Below the pieces are notes generated by a model. That model searched no databases. It worked only from the letters and a program-made list of their open reading frames with translations, and was not told where the DNA came from. The position numbers and the translations under genes are program-made. A stretch of 64,000 bases of DNA from Hemiscyllium ocellatum (Eukaryota). The stretch covers positions 12,524,001-12,588,000 of the forward strand of contig NC_083426.1 in NCBI RefSeq assembly GCF_020745735.1, read 5' to 3'. Positions 47,015 through 57,601 of this stretch are shown here, piece after piece. Position 1 is the stretch's first letter. The number at the start of each line of letters is the position of its first letter.

Positions 47015-47322
47015 TTTCAGGTGCTTTTGGACAGAGAAACACATAACAGGAATTTATCACAATATCTTGTCACCACGTAGAAGGTGGTAGCAGCCACACA
47101 TGAAATATTGGTGTCACGGATGGACTTGTTCATGTAATGTTATAGCACTGACAAATTGGCCAAATGGGAGAATATCAATCACTGATAACAAAACACAAGG
47201 AATATTTCTTGTTACAATAAAGAATCATCAATAAGAAGATGCCGGATGGTACAGCTGTGGGATTCAGATTCCTGGTATTTACTCTGACCCCATGTCTAAT
47301 GTAAACCTGCACATCTCTGAAG
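47015..47322 (+). pseudogene. Gene D V exon with frameshifts and stops
   Basis: Indels near the 5' end (GRA segment deleted), TAG 47088-90, TAA 47232-34; KYWC and DAGWYSCG still readable. Confidence 0.88.
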
Positions 47323-47460
47323 GTAACTGTTTCAGTGATTTTCTTAAATTACCCTTTGTTGATATGTGTGATCAGTGTTTTATCAAGGAAGAAAGGGGGT
47401 GACAAAGCGAGGAAGGGTATTTGTATATTCGATCTCTCAATAATTGTTTCTTTCCCACAG

Positions 47461-47784
47461 AAGCCGTCTCTGTTCCTGGGCTTCGATATTTATCCCAAAC
47501 AAATGTCTCATGTTCTGGGGGTTCAGTGACAGTCTCCTGTGAGTCTGCCCAGGGATCCCTCCACATTCACTACACATGGTCTGAGAAGATGCCATCACAA
47601 GATTCAAAGATCTCTGACACCAATAAACTGGATCTACATTGTCAATCCTTCACACGGCAACATCATCAATATTACTGCACAGCCACAAATACTCAGGGAA
47701 CAAAACCCAGTGAAATGGTTCATGTGTCAGTCAACAATGTAAGAGAGAAGAACTGCAGTTATAGGATACAGATCAACAGCATCG
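47461..47784 (+). CDS. Gene D C2 exon (open frame, inside a pseudogene)
   Basis: tttcccacag|AA GCC...ATC G|gtaagt; 324 nt, phase 1-1. Confidence 0.85.
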
Positions 47785-47999
47785 GTAAGTGTGATGCAAA
47801 CAATGTTTGTTTATTATCTCACTCTGGGAAACTGTAATTGATAAAATGCACTCCATTTGTTTCATTGTCAGTTCTGAACAAAGATAATGGTTTACACTGT
47901 AGTTAGAAAATGAACAGGTTCATAAAATACTGCCCACAGCCTGCAGAAACATTGCAACAACTCCATTCTACATTGCAATCATTTGCTTCCTTCAACCAA

Positions 48000-48830
48000 A
48001 AACGTCACAAATGGGGGAGATACTAAACAAATATCTTGAATATTTTACTGTGGAGAAAGATATGGAGATTAGGAAACTCAGGGAAATAAACATTGATGTC
48101 TTGAAAATAGTACATGTTACAGAAGAGCAGTAGATGTTGTCTATATGGACTTTAGAAACAAGGTTCCACATGGCAGACTAATTCATAAAGTTAGATCTCA
48201 TGTGATTCAGGTTGAGTTTGTCAATTGAATACAAAATTAGCTTAATGGCAGGAGACAGAGCGTGGTGGTGAAGGGTCGTTTTTTTGGATTGGAAGCCTTT
48301 GACTAGTGGTGTTCCACAGGGATCGGTGTAATTTATATAAACAATTTGAATGAGAAATTAGAAGGCATAGTTCGTAAGTTCATGGATGACACCAAAATTG
48401 ATGGCGTTGTTGACAGTGACAAAGGTTATCTACAATTACGAAGGGATCTTGATCAATTGGGTCAATGGGCTGAGGAGTGGCAGAAGGAGTTTAATTTGGT
48501 CCAATGTGAGGTATAGCCTTTTGATAAAACAAACAAAGACAGGACTAATACAATTAAAAGTAGAGCCCTGGATAGTGCTGTCGAACAGAGAGACCCAGGG
48601 GATCTTTGAAATTTGCATCACAGGTGGACAGGGTGGTAAAGAAGGTATTTAGCATGTTTACTATCATTGCTCAGACCATTGAGGGGAGGAGTTGGAGCAT
48701 TACGTTGAGCTAGTACAGAATAATGGTGAGGCCACTGTTGGAAACTACGTACACTTCTAGTCCCACTGCTTTCAGCAAGTTATTATGAAATTGAAGAGGT
48801 TTCAGCAAAGATTTACCAAGATCAAAGTTT
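48000..48830 (+). mobile_element. Old CR1 fragment, duplicate of about 35630-36300
   Basis: Shares diagnostic deletions with the 35.6-kb copy. Confidence 0.8.
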
Positions 48831-49335
48831 GTGAGAAGATTTGTAGCTCGGGTGCCCGTTGTTATGTTTCTGTTCGCCGAGCTGGGAGTTTTTGTTGCAA
48901 ACGTTTCGGCCCCTTTCTAGGTGACATCCTCAGTGTTTGGGAAACTCCTGTGAAGCGCTTCTGTGCTGATTCCTTCAGCATTTAGAGTGATTTGAATCTG
49001 CTGCTTCCTGTTGTCAGTTGCTGTCCACTGCAGTGGCCGGTATATTGGGTCTAGGTCGATGTGTCTGTTGATAGAATTTGTGGATGAGTGCCATGCCTCT
49101 AGGAATTCCCTGGCTGTTCTCTGTTTGGTGTGCCCTATAATAGTGGTGTTGTCCCAATCGAATTCGTGTTGTTTATCATCTGAGTGTATGGCTACTAAGG
49201 ATATCTGGTCGTGTCGTTTCGTGGCTAGTTGGTGTTCATGGATGCGGGTTGTTAGCTGTCTTCCTGTTTGTCCTATGTAGTGTTTTGTGCAGTCCTTGCA
49301 TGGGATTTTTGTACACTACGTTGGTTTTGCTCAGA
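48830..49335 (-). mobile_element. Penelope-like element 3' end: GIY-YIG endonuclease plus terminal hammerhead
   Basis: Minus translation NVVYK/IPCKDCTKHYIGQTGRQLTTRIHEH…AREFLEAWHS (one frameshift); CTGAGGA…GAAACGTT at 48897-48937. Confidence 0.85.
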
Positions 49336-49620
49336 GATTTCTCATAAATTCCAGTGAAATTTGTATTCAGTAAAAGTTTGACGAATAAATGCATAGTCTC
49401 ATTTTGGAGTAATTTCCACCAACCCCATACTTACTTGACATGCCCCAAACTATACTTTCCCAAGACTCCTTCCACCCCTCAGACTCATGGTGGGAATCGT
49501 GGATGCAATAGTGATGACTGTAGCTCAGTACATGATTATGCACACTGCACTACATGTTCAGTTTGAAGGTTATAAACATCCTGTTAAATTTGCTTGAACA
49601 ATTGTATTGCAATGTTTCAG

Positions 49621-49673
49621 GTACCTTCTGCATCAGGTGTCATCAAAGAGCTAAGATTCTTAATGATGACCAG
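49621..49673 (+). CDS. Gene D short cytoplasmic exon (53 nt)
   Basis: tttcag|GT ACC...GAC CAG|gtaaga; (G)TFCIRCHQRAKILNDDQ; phase 1 to 0, positional equivalent of 4960-5006. Confidence 0.7.
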
Positions 49674-50468
49674 GTAAGAATAATAAATATTAACTTGCTG
49701 TGTATTGTTTAGAAATTTGCAGAACATAGGATTTACAGCACAGAAATCAGCTATTTGATCCATCCGCGACATCCTGGCTCTTATGCCCCATGCAAGACTT
49801 CTCCCACACCTCTTCATCTAACCCTTCCAATTCCCACTTCCAACTCCTTCTTTCTTCACACGCTGATCAAATTATCTCTTAAATTTCACAATGTAACTTG
49901 ACTCAACTCCTCCCTAAGAAAAAAGAAGTGGGCAATTCAGGAGAAACCTTGTTATCCAAAGATTGTCAGAAAGTGGAACTTATTGCCATTAGGGGTCCTT
50001 GAGGCAAATACTGTAAATCCACTCAGAGGGGCAGCTGGATAAGCACAGGAGGGTGAAATGAATAGTAAGATATGTTGATGAGATTGGATGAAAATGTATA
50101 GAGGAGGCTGGAGGAGAATTACTTTAGTACTGGGATGCATTACTTATTCTCCACTGGAAATAGAGTCATAGAAATGGACAGCACAGAAACAGATCCTTCG
50201 TTCCAACCCATCCATGCCCCAGCCTATTCGGCCTCCCCATTTAGCTCAAATCGTCCAACCCTGGCAACATCCTTGTCAGACCTTTCTGAACCTTTTAAGT
50301 TTCACAACTTCCTCCGATAGGAAGGGACCAGTACTGCACACAATAACAATTCATAATAAATTCTAATATACTGTATTGATTAATAATAATCAAGAAATTG
50401 CTTTCTCTTCGATATAACCCCAATCACCATTCAAGTGAAAGAAAAGCACTTTTTTTTTTCAATTTTAG

Positions 50469-50780
50469 GGATTAGCGTCAGTGGAAGAGAACTTGGTATA
50501 TGCAAATATAAACCATGTTCAAAGGAACACAGCAGAAAGACAGAGAGCGAGAAGAAGCAACTTGAAGAATGATGAAATCACACACGCAGTGTTGGAATTT
50601 CAAAAGAAATCTTCATCACTGAGAGGTGGGCTGGCAATGCACACAGGTGACAACTCAGACAGTGTCACCTACAGTGAGCTCAACTTTCCAAACCAACCGC
50701 CAAAGGGGAATAAAAAAGCCCCAAAACGCAACACCCCTCAGGAATCTGGAAGGGACGTTTATGATGATATTGATTTTTAG
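50469..50780 (+). CDS. Gene D terminal ITIM exon
   Basis: ttttag|GGA (phase 0); LVYANI, VTYSEL, DVYDDI; aligns with the gene AB tail (EEN.VY, FQKKSS). Confidence 0.88.
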   Translation, partial: GLASVEENLVYANINHVQRNTAERQRARRSNLKNDEITHAVLEFQKKSSSLRGGLAMHTGDNSDSVTYSELNFPNQPPKGNKKAPKRNTPQESGRDVYDDIDF

Positions 50781-51828
50781 GAAAACCATGATGAGATATT
50801 TGTACTGTTCATTTTTCCTTCTTTGCAATGCAGTTGTATTTAGTTTTGTCTGTTGTAAGCTGCCCGCACATTTACTTTGTCCAACTCCTTAGGACTTGAT
50901 CCCAACAATTCCATGCTCAATCCAGTTTGGTTTCCTAAGCAGGTGGAATTAATTTACCTTTTATTCCCAAGTCTGGGTCACTTGCATTAAATAACAAGAG
51001 CAGAAGTCTAAATACCTAGCTGTTTGGCAACCCAATCAGTCCCCACCTCCCTGTCTCCCCTCACTCTAACCTCGGAGTTCACAGATTCCAGGTTGGAGCT
51101 CCATTCCTGGAGCTAAGTTCAAGAATCAAACTTGACATGCTAGCACGGCACTATGGGACCCTAATGATTGTGTGATACAGACTTTGCACATTGTTAAAAA
51201 GAGACGCAAAAGTTAAAGTTTTTGTTCTACTTTCATCAGGATTAAGCCACAAGAAACTAAACTTCAAAAGGGAATATCAATATAAACAGCATGAGAAGAG
51301 AGTGCAAGTTGTTTGGCTAATGGTTGACATGGAGATGCAGCAGGAACTGATAACCAGCAAGCTTAACTGATTAAACTCAGACCAGCCAAGTAGGCTCTGA
51401 TTGGTTAAGGCTGCAATGATTAGCAAAATGCATGATTCTCTCCTCAATTAAAAAGGTGAGAAGTACAGACATATTCATTTTTCCTGGAAAGAACAGAGCC
51501 CTCAGTAGTAATATATGTAATTTCTAGCCTGCACAAATGAATCACACTGCAAGCCCAGTGGATAATCTGAAACTGGTTTCCAGTGTGTTTCTGTGCACAG
51601 GTGGGACTGTTCAATATTGTTCAACAGCAGCATCATGTCTAATGTTGGATATGTCACCCTGGGATTACAGTATGGGCTTGTTAACATGATTGGCTCACTG
51701 CTGGCCTGCAGTGTTGTCTGATATAGTCAGCCTACACACTTGGCATCACAGCAACATTAAAGCTGGCATTCCACAGTGTTTCTGGATTATAAGTGACAGT
51801 AAAAACATCAGAGTGTGGCAGCAGCCTA

Positions 51829-53210
51829 GGGCCTGGAGTGGAGTCGGCCTGGAGTAGAGTGGAGTGGGTAGTGGGTGTGGGGCCTAGAATAGAGTGGTGT
51901 GGACGGTGGGTGTGAGGTCTGGAGTAAAGTGGAGTGGGCAGTGAGTGGGGGTCCTGGAATAGAGGGGAGTGGGCGGTGGGTGGGGGTCATGGAGAAGAGT
52001 GGAGAGGGTGGTGGGTGTGGGACCTGCAGTAGAGTGGACTGGGTGGTGGGTGTGACGCCTGGAGTAGAGTGGAGTGGGTGGTAGTTGGGGGACCTGGAGT
52101 AGAGTGGAGTGGGCAGTGGGTGGGAGGACTGGAGTAGAGTGGAGTGGGCGGTAGGTGTGGGGCCTGTAGCAGAGTGGAGTGGGTGGTGGGTGGGGTTCCT
52201 GTGGTAGAGTGGAGTGGGCATGGGTGGTGGTCCTGGAGTAGAGTGGAGTGGGTGGTAGGTGTGTGGCCTGGAGTAGAGTGGAGTGGCTAGTGGGTGTGGG
52301 TCCTGGAGTAGAGTGAGTGGGTGGTAGTTGGGGGGCCTGGAGTAGAGTAGAGTAGGCTGTGGGTGGGAGGCCTGGAGTAGAGTGGAGTGGGTGGTGGGTG
52401 TGGGGCCTGGAGTAGAGTGGAGTGGCTGGTGGGTGTGGGTCCTGGAGTAGAGTGGAGTGGGTGGTAGTTGGGGGGCCTGGAGTAGAGTAGAGTAGGCTGT
52501 GGGTGGGAGGCCTGGAGTAGAGTGGAATGGGTGGTAGGTGTGGGCACTGGAGTAGAGTGGAGTGGGTGGTTGGTAGGAGGCCTGGAGTAGAGTGGATTGG
52601 GCGGTGGGTGGAGGGTGTGGGGGTTGGAGTAGAGTGGAGTGGGCGGTGGGTGGGGGTCCTTGAGTAGAGTGGAGTGGGTGGTGGGTGGTGAGTGTGGGGC
52701 CGAGAGTAGAGTGGAGTGGGCGGTGGGTGGCGGTTCTGAAGTAGAGTGAAGTGGGCGGTGGTGGGGGGCCTGGAGTAAAGTGGAGTGGGCGGTGGGTGGT
52801 GGGTGTGGGGCTGGGAGTAGAGTGGAGTGGGCAGTGGGTGGTGGTTCTGGAGTAGAGTGAAGTGGGCGGTGGTGGGGGGCCTGGAGTAGAGTGGAGTGGG
52901 TGGTGGGTGTGGGGTCTGGAGTGGAGTGGAGTGGGCGGTAGGTGGGGGGCATGGAGTAGAGTGGAGTGGGTGGTGGTTGGGGGACCTGGAATAGATCGGA
53001 GTGGGCGGTGGGTAGGGGGGCCTGGAATAGAGCAGAGTGTGCAGTGGGTGATGGGTGTGGGGCCTGGAGTAGAGTGGGGTGGGTAGGGGGTGGGGATCCT
53101 GGAGTAAAGTGGAGTGGGCGGTGGGTGTAGGGCCTGGAGTAGAGTGGTGTGGGCGGTGGGTGTGGGGCCTGGAGTAGAGTGGAGTGGGCAGTGGATGGGG
53201 GTCCTGGAGC
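51829..53210 (+). repeat. G-rich minisatellite, about 35-bp unit, roughly 39 copies
   Basis: Unit similar to gcctggagtagagtggagtgggtggtgggtgtggg; strongly strand-asymmetric. Confidence 0.95.
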
Positions 53211-53739
53211 AGGGAGCGTGTCACAGATGATGGTCAGCGGTTTTCTTGCCTGATTGGGGTCAGCTCAGTGTGAGGGGAGAGAGAGAAACCACATGTGGAA
53301 ATCCCCCAGTGTGGAGAGACTGCAGGCTCGAGAAGGACTGTAATGTCTACCTTTTAACTTTATCTCTTTATTTCCCTAACATGTGTAATGAAGAACTGTC
53401 ATGTAGAACTTTTAGATTTTTTCTTTTTTTCTCAATGTTTTGTACTAATCTATTTTAGTCCCTAAGGTTTGTAACAATATACTTTGTCCTAAGATGGCAT
53501 CGTGCATGGCAACATCGTACACTTTTCACTGGACCCCTGTACTTTTGTACTTGAGCACACATGACAATAAAACCTCATTCTAATTCTAATTCAGGATAAA
53601 TAATGAGCTTTGATCACCATTGTCCCCAGCATCTGAACTCTTCACCACCTTGATTTCACAATTCTTTGTTCATTTAATGAAAGTTCATTTCGTTCTTCTT
53701 TTAAATATAACTGACAGGAAACTGTCCCTTCAGGGTCAG

Positions 53740-53915
53740 TTCTCTGATTCTCAACCAGTTCTCTTCTGGTTGAGTGTGGTTTCAGAAGCTGGTTTCCTAT
53801 ATCCACTTCCTCAATTAAATTGTTGGAGACTTTGCAGTTCACACTTATCTCAATGTGAGAAACAAGAGCTGAGGGACTGACATCAAGAACTGAGCTGATC
53901 TTTGTGAACAAAACG
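53740..53915 (+). promoter_or_regulatory. Putative proximal promoter of gene E with RUNX and ETS/PU.1-like sites
   Basis: TGTGGTT 53775-53781 and CACTTCCTC 53804-53812, inside a block conserved before all three leaders. Confidence 0.5.
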
Positions 53916-53952
53916 ATGTGGACTTTGGTTCTCCTCATTTGTTCCATTCCCG
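53916..53952 (+). CDS. Gene E leader exon
   Basis: ATG TGG ACT TTG GTT...CCC G|gtgagt; MWTLVLLICSIP; phase 1 matches the V exon at 62218. Confidence 0.85.
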
Positions 53953-54619
53953 GTGAGTGACCATCTGATGACAATCAATGTTTGTTGAAGTCCACTGTCT
54001 GATTTAAACAGGACAGACACTGAAATATTTGTAGACGTGTAAAGGCAGAAAGGAAGATCTTGTCATACAGTGACAAAATCTTGAATTTGTGATTTTCTTA
54101 CAGGACAATTAATGAAATATCGTTTTGTGATGCTCAGTTGCACAAGTAGACAATTGACGTAGATTTCTTTCTTTACAAAACCTTTTTCCTTTCAGTCTTG
54201 TGCTTTAACCAAGTTGATTATGCTTTTTCACTTCCATCAAATTTAACATTGCAATGTAGCACTGCAACAAAATTATTGTTCAACAGTGACATCTCGCCTT
54301 CATTCATAATCAAGCTGTTTTGACACAATCAAAATTAAAATTCCCAGTGTAACTCTAAAGTTGTTATTCACTCACTGTAATTGTCCAAGTCTTTTTGCAG
54401 ATCTTTTGTTTTTTTCCTCACAGTGTGCACTCACACCGAACTTAGTCCCATCAGTTACACGTTGTGTTGTGATATACAATCTAATACTCAGAATACTCAT
54501 TTACAAAATTTTCTGAGCACCCTTCAGTAACTGATATTCCTCTTTGTTTCCTATTTAATTTAATTCTTCTCGTCAAGCTCAGGTAATTACATTTCCCAAT
54601 CAATTACTACATGGCTCTA

Positions 54620-54995
54620 TCAACGGTCTGAAAGAGAGTACACATTACAGAAGAGGAGGTTCCTGACATTTTAAAACACATTACGGTAGATAAATCCCCA
54701 GGGTCTTATCAAGTGTGTTTCAAAAGCACATTTGGGAGGCTTCGGAGGAAATTGTAGGGCCCCTAGCGCAGATATTCGTATCAGCGACAGCTGTGGGTGG
54801 GGTGCCGAGAGGTTGGAGTGAGGCGAATCTTGCAAAATTACTTAAGAAAGGCCACAGGGAAATGCCTGGGAACTTTAGATTGATCATCCGAACATCTCTT
54901 GTGGATAAGTTGTTAAAGGGGATTAAGACAGACAGGATGTACAGGCATTTGGCGAGGTAAGGACTCATTAGTAAAAGTCTTAATCGCTTTGTGCA
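54620..54995 (+). mobile_element. CR1 ORF2 fragment
   Basis: ORF 54715-54960 (EIVGPLAQIF…GNFRLI..TSLVDKLL). Confidence 0.8.
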
Positions 54996-55580
54996 TGGTC
55001 TGGAACTGTATAAGACACAACACCGTGCAGGGACTGAAACTGTAGATGACACAACACCGTGCAGGGACTGAAACTGTACATGACACAACACCGTGCAGGG
55101 ACTGAAACTGTGCAAGACACAATACCGTGCAGGGTTCTGGAACTGTACGTGAAACAACACAGTGCACGGTCTGGAACTGTACATGACACAACAGCCCACA
55201 GGGACTGGAAATGGACATGATACAACATCGTGCAGGGTCTGGAACTGTAAATGACACAACACTGTGCAGGGTCAGGAACTGTACATGACACAACACTGTG
55301 CAGGGTCTGGAACTGTACATGACACCGTGCAGGGACTGGAACTGTACAAGACATAACATCATGCAGGATCCAGAACTGTACATGACACAACACTGTGCAG
55401 GGTGTGGAACTGTACATGACACAACACCATGCAGGATCTAGAATTGTACATGACACAACACTGTTCAGGGTGTGGAACTGTACATGACACAACACTGTGA
55501 AGGGTGTGGAACTGTACATGACACAACACAGTGTATGATCTGGAACTGTACATGACACAATACCGTGCAAGGTCTGGAAA
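54995..55580 (+). repeat. Minisatellite, 34-bp unit, about 17 copies
   Basis: Unit similar to ggtctggaactgtacatgacacaacactgtgcag, head to tail with no spacers. Confidence 0.93.
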
Positions 55581-55867
55581 TGTGTGCATGCACCTTCTTG
55601 AGTGAGTGCACACTCACATTTGTCCTGTGTTCCCAATGTTAGTAGGCACTGTCTTAAGTTGTGAATTATTGACACATTTATTTTTTCAGCAGCATTAGAC
55701 ACTTATATTTTCAGCTTCTTTTCTTAGACATTTCAGGTTTGTTAGCATACTGTATGATGTCAGTAACTACATCTAAGACACCCTTCTGGTAATAATTCTC
55801 TACAAGGAAACAAACTGGCAGAAAGCTGTGCTTTCTGTTGCAAAACTATCTGCAGCTAACAAGGAAA

Positions 55868-55904
55868 ATGTGGAGTCTGATTTTATTCACCATTCACTGC
55901 CCAG
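55868..55904 (+). pseudogene. Second, divergent leader-like exon with an apparently damaged donor
   Basis: MWSLILFTIHCP has the same 12-codon length as the MWTL leaders, but is followed by CCA G|TGACT instead of G|GTGAGT. Confidence 0.5.
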
Positions 55905-56589
55905 TGACTAACAGCCAGAATTGGTGAGTCAGATTGTCAGTATTGACTTAGGTCTTGTCTTTATCCTATTCAGCAGCGATGGTTAAATACACAGAGACAT
56001 ATACAGGCACAGAATACTGAAGAGAAACGTTTGGATGAAGTCTTATACCTACTTTGTGTATACTATTCAATCTCAAAAATATTTACCAATTTATACTAAT
56101 GCACATTAATCTTGTTGAATATCAAACATAGGTTCCTACTTCATTTTTTACAACAGGTGTGAGTAACATATAAGAAATGCAAGAGTAACATAGTTAATCT
56201 GTTAAAAGTGAACTTTTGCTTGCAATTTGCTATCCAATAGAAACTGAAGGCTGCAGTGGTAATGAAGCCTCTAAGGGAACAGTCCCTGAGTTTGTAATTG
56301 TTTCTGTTCTGCTGCTGAAATATTGAGGCTCTGTCAATGTCACTGCTCCTCAATCACACACATTTTATACACAGTGCTACATCAGTAAGGTATCATTTTC
56401 CTTCCATTCTTTAGCTCTAAACAAGTGCATCCTCTCCAAATTAATGTTATGACTTTGGCTTCAGTGAAATTTGTGCAGGAGACTCTTCATGGCAGAACTG
56501 AAGAAATTGCACATTGGGCCCTTTGAGGTTGCTCCATCACAACAACATTATGGCTGATCTCTCTCAACTCCTCTTGCCCACACAAGGCC

Positions 56590-57360
56590 GATATGGAGTC
56601 ATAGAGTCACAGAGGTGTACAGAACAGAAACAGATCCTTCAGTCCAACTTGTCCATGACGACTAGATATCCTAACCTAATCCAGTCCCATTTGCCAGCAC
56701 TTTGCCCTTATCCCTGTGAACTCTTCCTATTCATATACCTGGACAGGAGCCTTTTAAATGTTGTAATTGTACCAGCGCCCACCATTTTCTTTGGCAGCTC
56801 ATTCCATACATGCACCATCTTTGGTGTGACCCTTAGGTTCCTTTTAAATTTTGACCCTCTCAGCCTAAACCTGGGCTCTGGAGTTCTGGACTCCACTGCC
56901 ACAGGGAAAAGACCTTGTCTATTTATCGTATGCATGCCTCTCATGATTTTATAAACTTCAATAAGGTCACTCTTCAGCCTCTAACACACTGAGGAAAACA
57001 TTCTTCAGCCCATTGACCCAACTGATCATGTTCCAATTGTACCCGGAGGTAACCTTCACTGTCCACTCCACATCCAATTTTGTTGTCATCTGCAAACTTA
57101 CTAACTATACCTGCTACATTCACATCCAAGTCATTTATATAAATGATGAAAAGCAGTGGACCCAGCGTAGATCCTTGGGGCACTCCACTGGTCACAGACC
57201 TCCGGTCTGAAAAGTAACCCTTCACCACCACTCTCTGTCGTCTACCATCAAGCCAATTCTGTATCCAAATGGTTAGTTCTTCCTGTGTTCCCTGATGTCT
57301 AATCTTGCTAACCAGTCTACAATGACGAACCTCTTGACAACCATGACAACCTCTTGCCCC
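56590..57360 (-). mobile_element. CR1 fragment (RT core plus 3' tail, internally deleted)
   Basis: ORF 56974-57231: SVTSGVPQGSTLGPLLFIIYINDL…SKFADDNKI. Confidence 0.88.
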
Positions 57361-57375
57361 TTAGTTTAAACATAT

Positions 57376-57601
57376 ACTGAAAATGTGTTGCTAGTTAAAG
57401 CGCAGCAGGTCAGGCAGCATCCAAGGAACAGGAAATTCGATGTTTCGGGCAAAAGCCCTTCATCAGGAATGATTCCTGATGAAGGGCTTTTGCCCGAAAT
57501 GTCGAATTTCCTGTTCCTTGGATGCTGCCTGACTTGCTGCGCTTTAACCAGCAACACATTTTCAGCTCTGATCTCCAGCATCTGCAGACTTCACTTTTTA
57601 C
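57376..57601. mobile_element. Palindromic Penelope-derived element with two head-to-head hammerhead motifs
   Basis: 94-bp arms 57377-57470 and 57472-57565; tttaaacatat duplicated at 57365-75 and 57602-12. Confidence 0.85.

Noticed and set aside
51826-53224. 446-aa and overlapping Pro/Thr/His-rich minus-strand ORFs (mucin- or extensin-like)
   Set aside because: They are translations of the C-rich strand of a 35-bp minisatellite; the unit is not a multiple of three, several frames are open, and there are no splice or start signals.
54720-55702. Cys-rich ORFs in several frames, and a CRISPR-like look of the 34-bp array
   Set aside because: Head-to-tail tandem repeat without unique spacers, no cas genes, vertebrate context; open frames are a by-product of the repeat.
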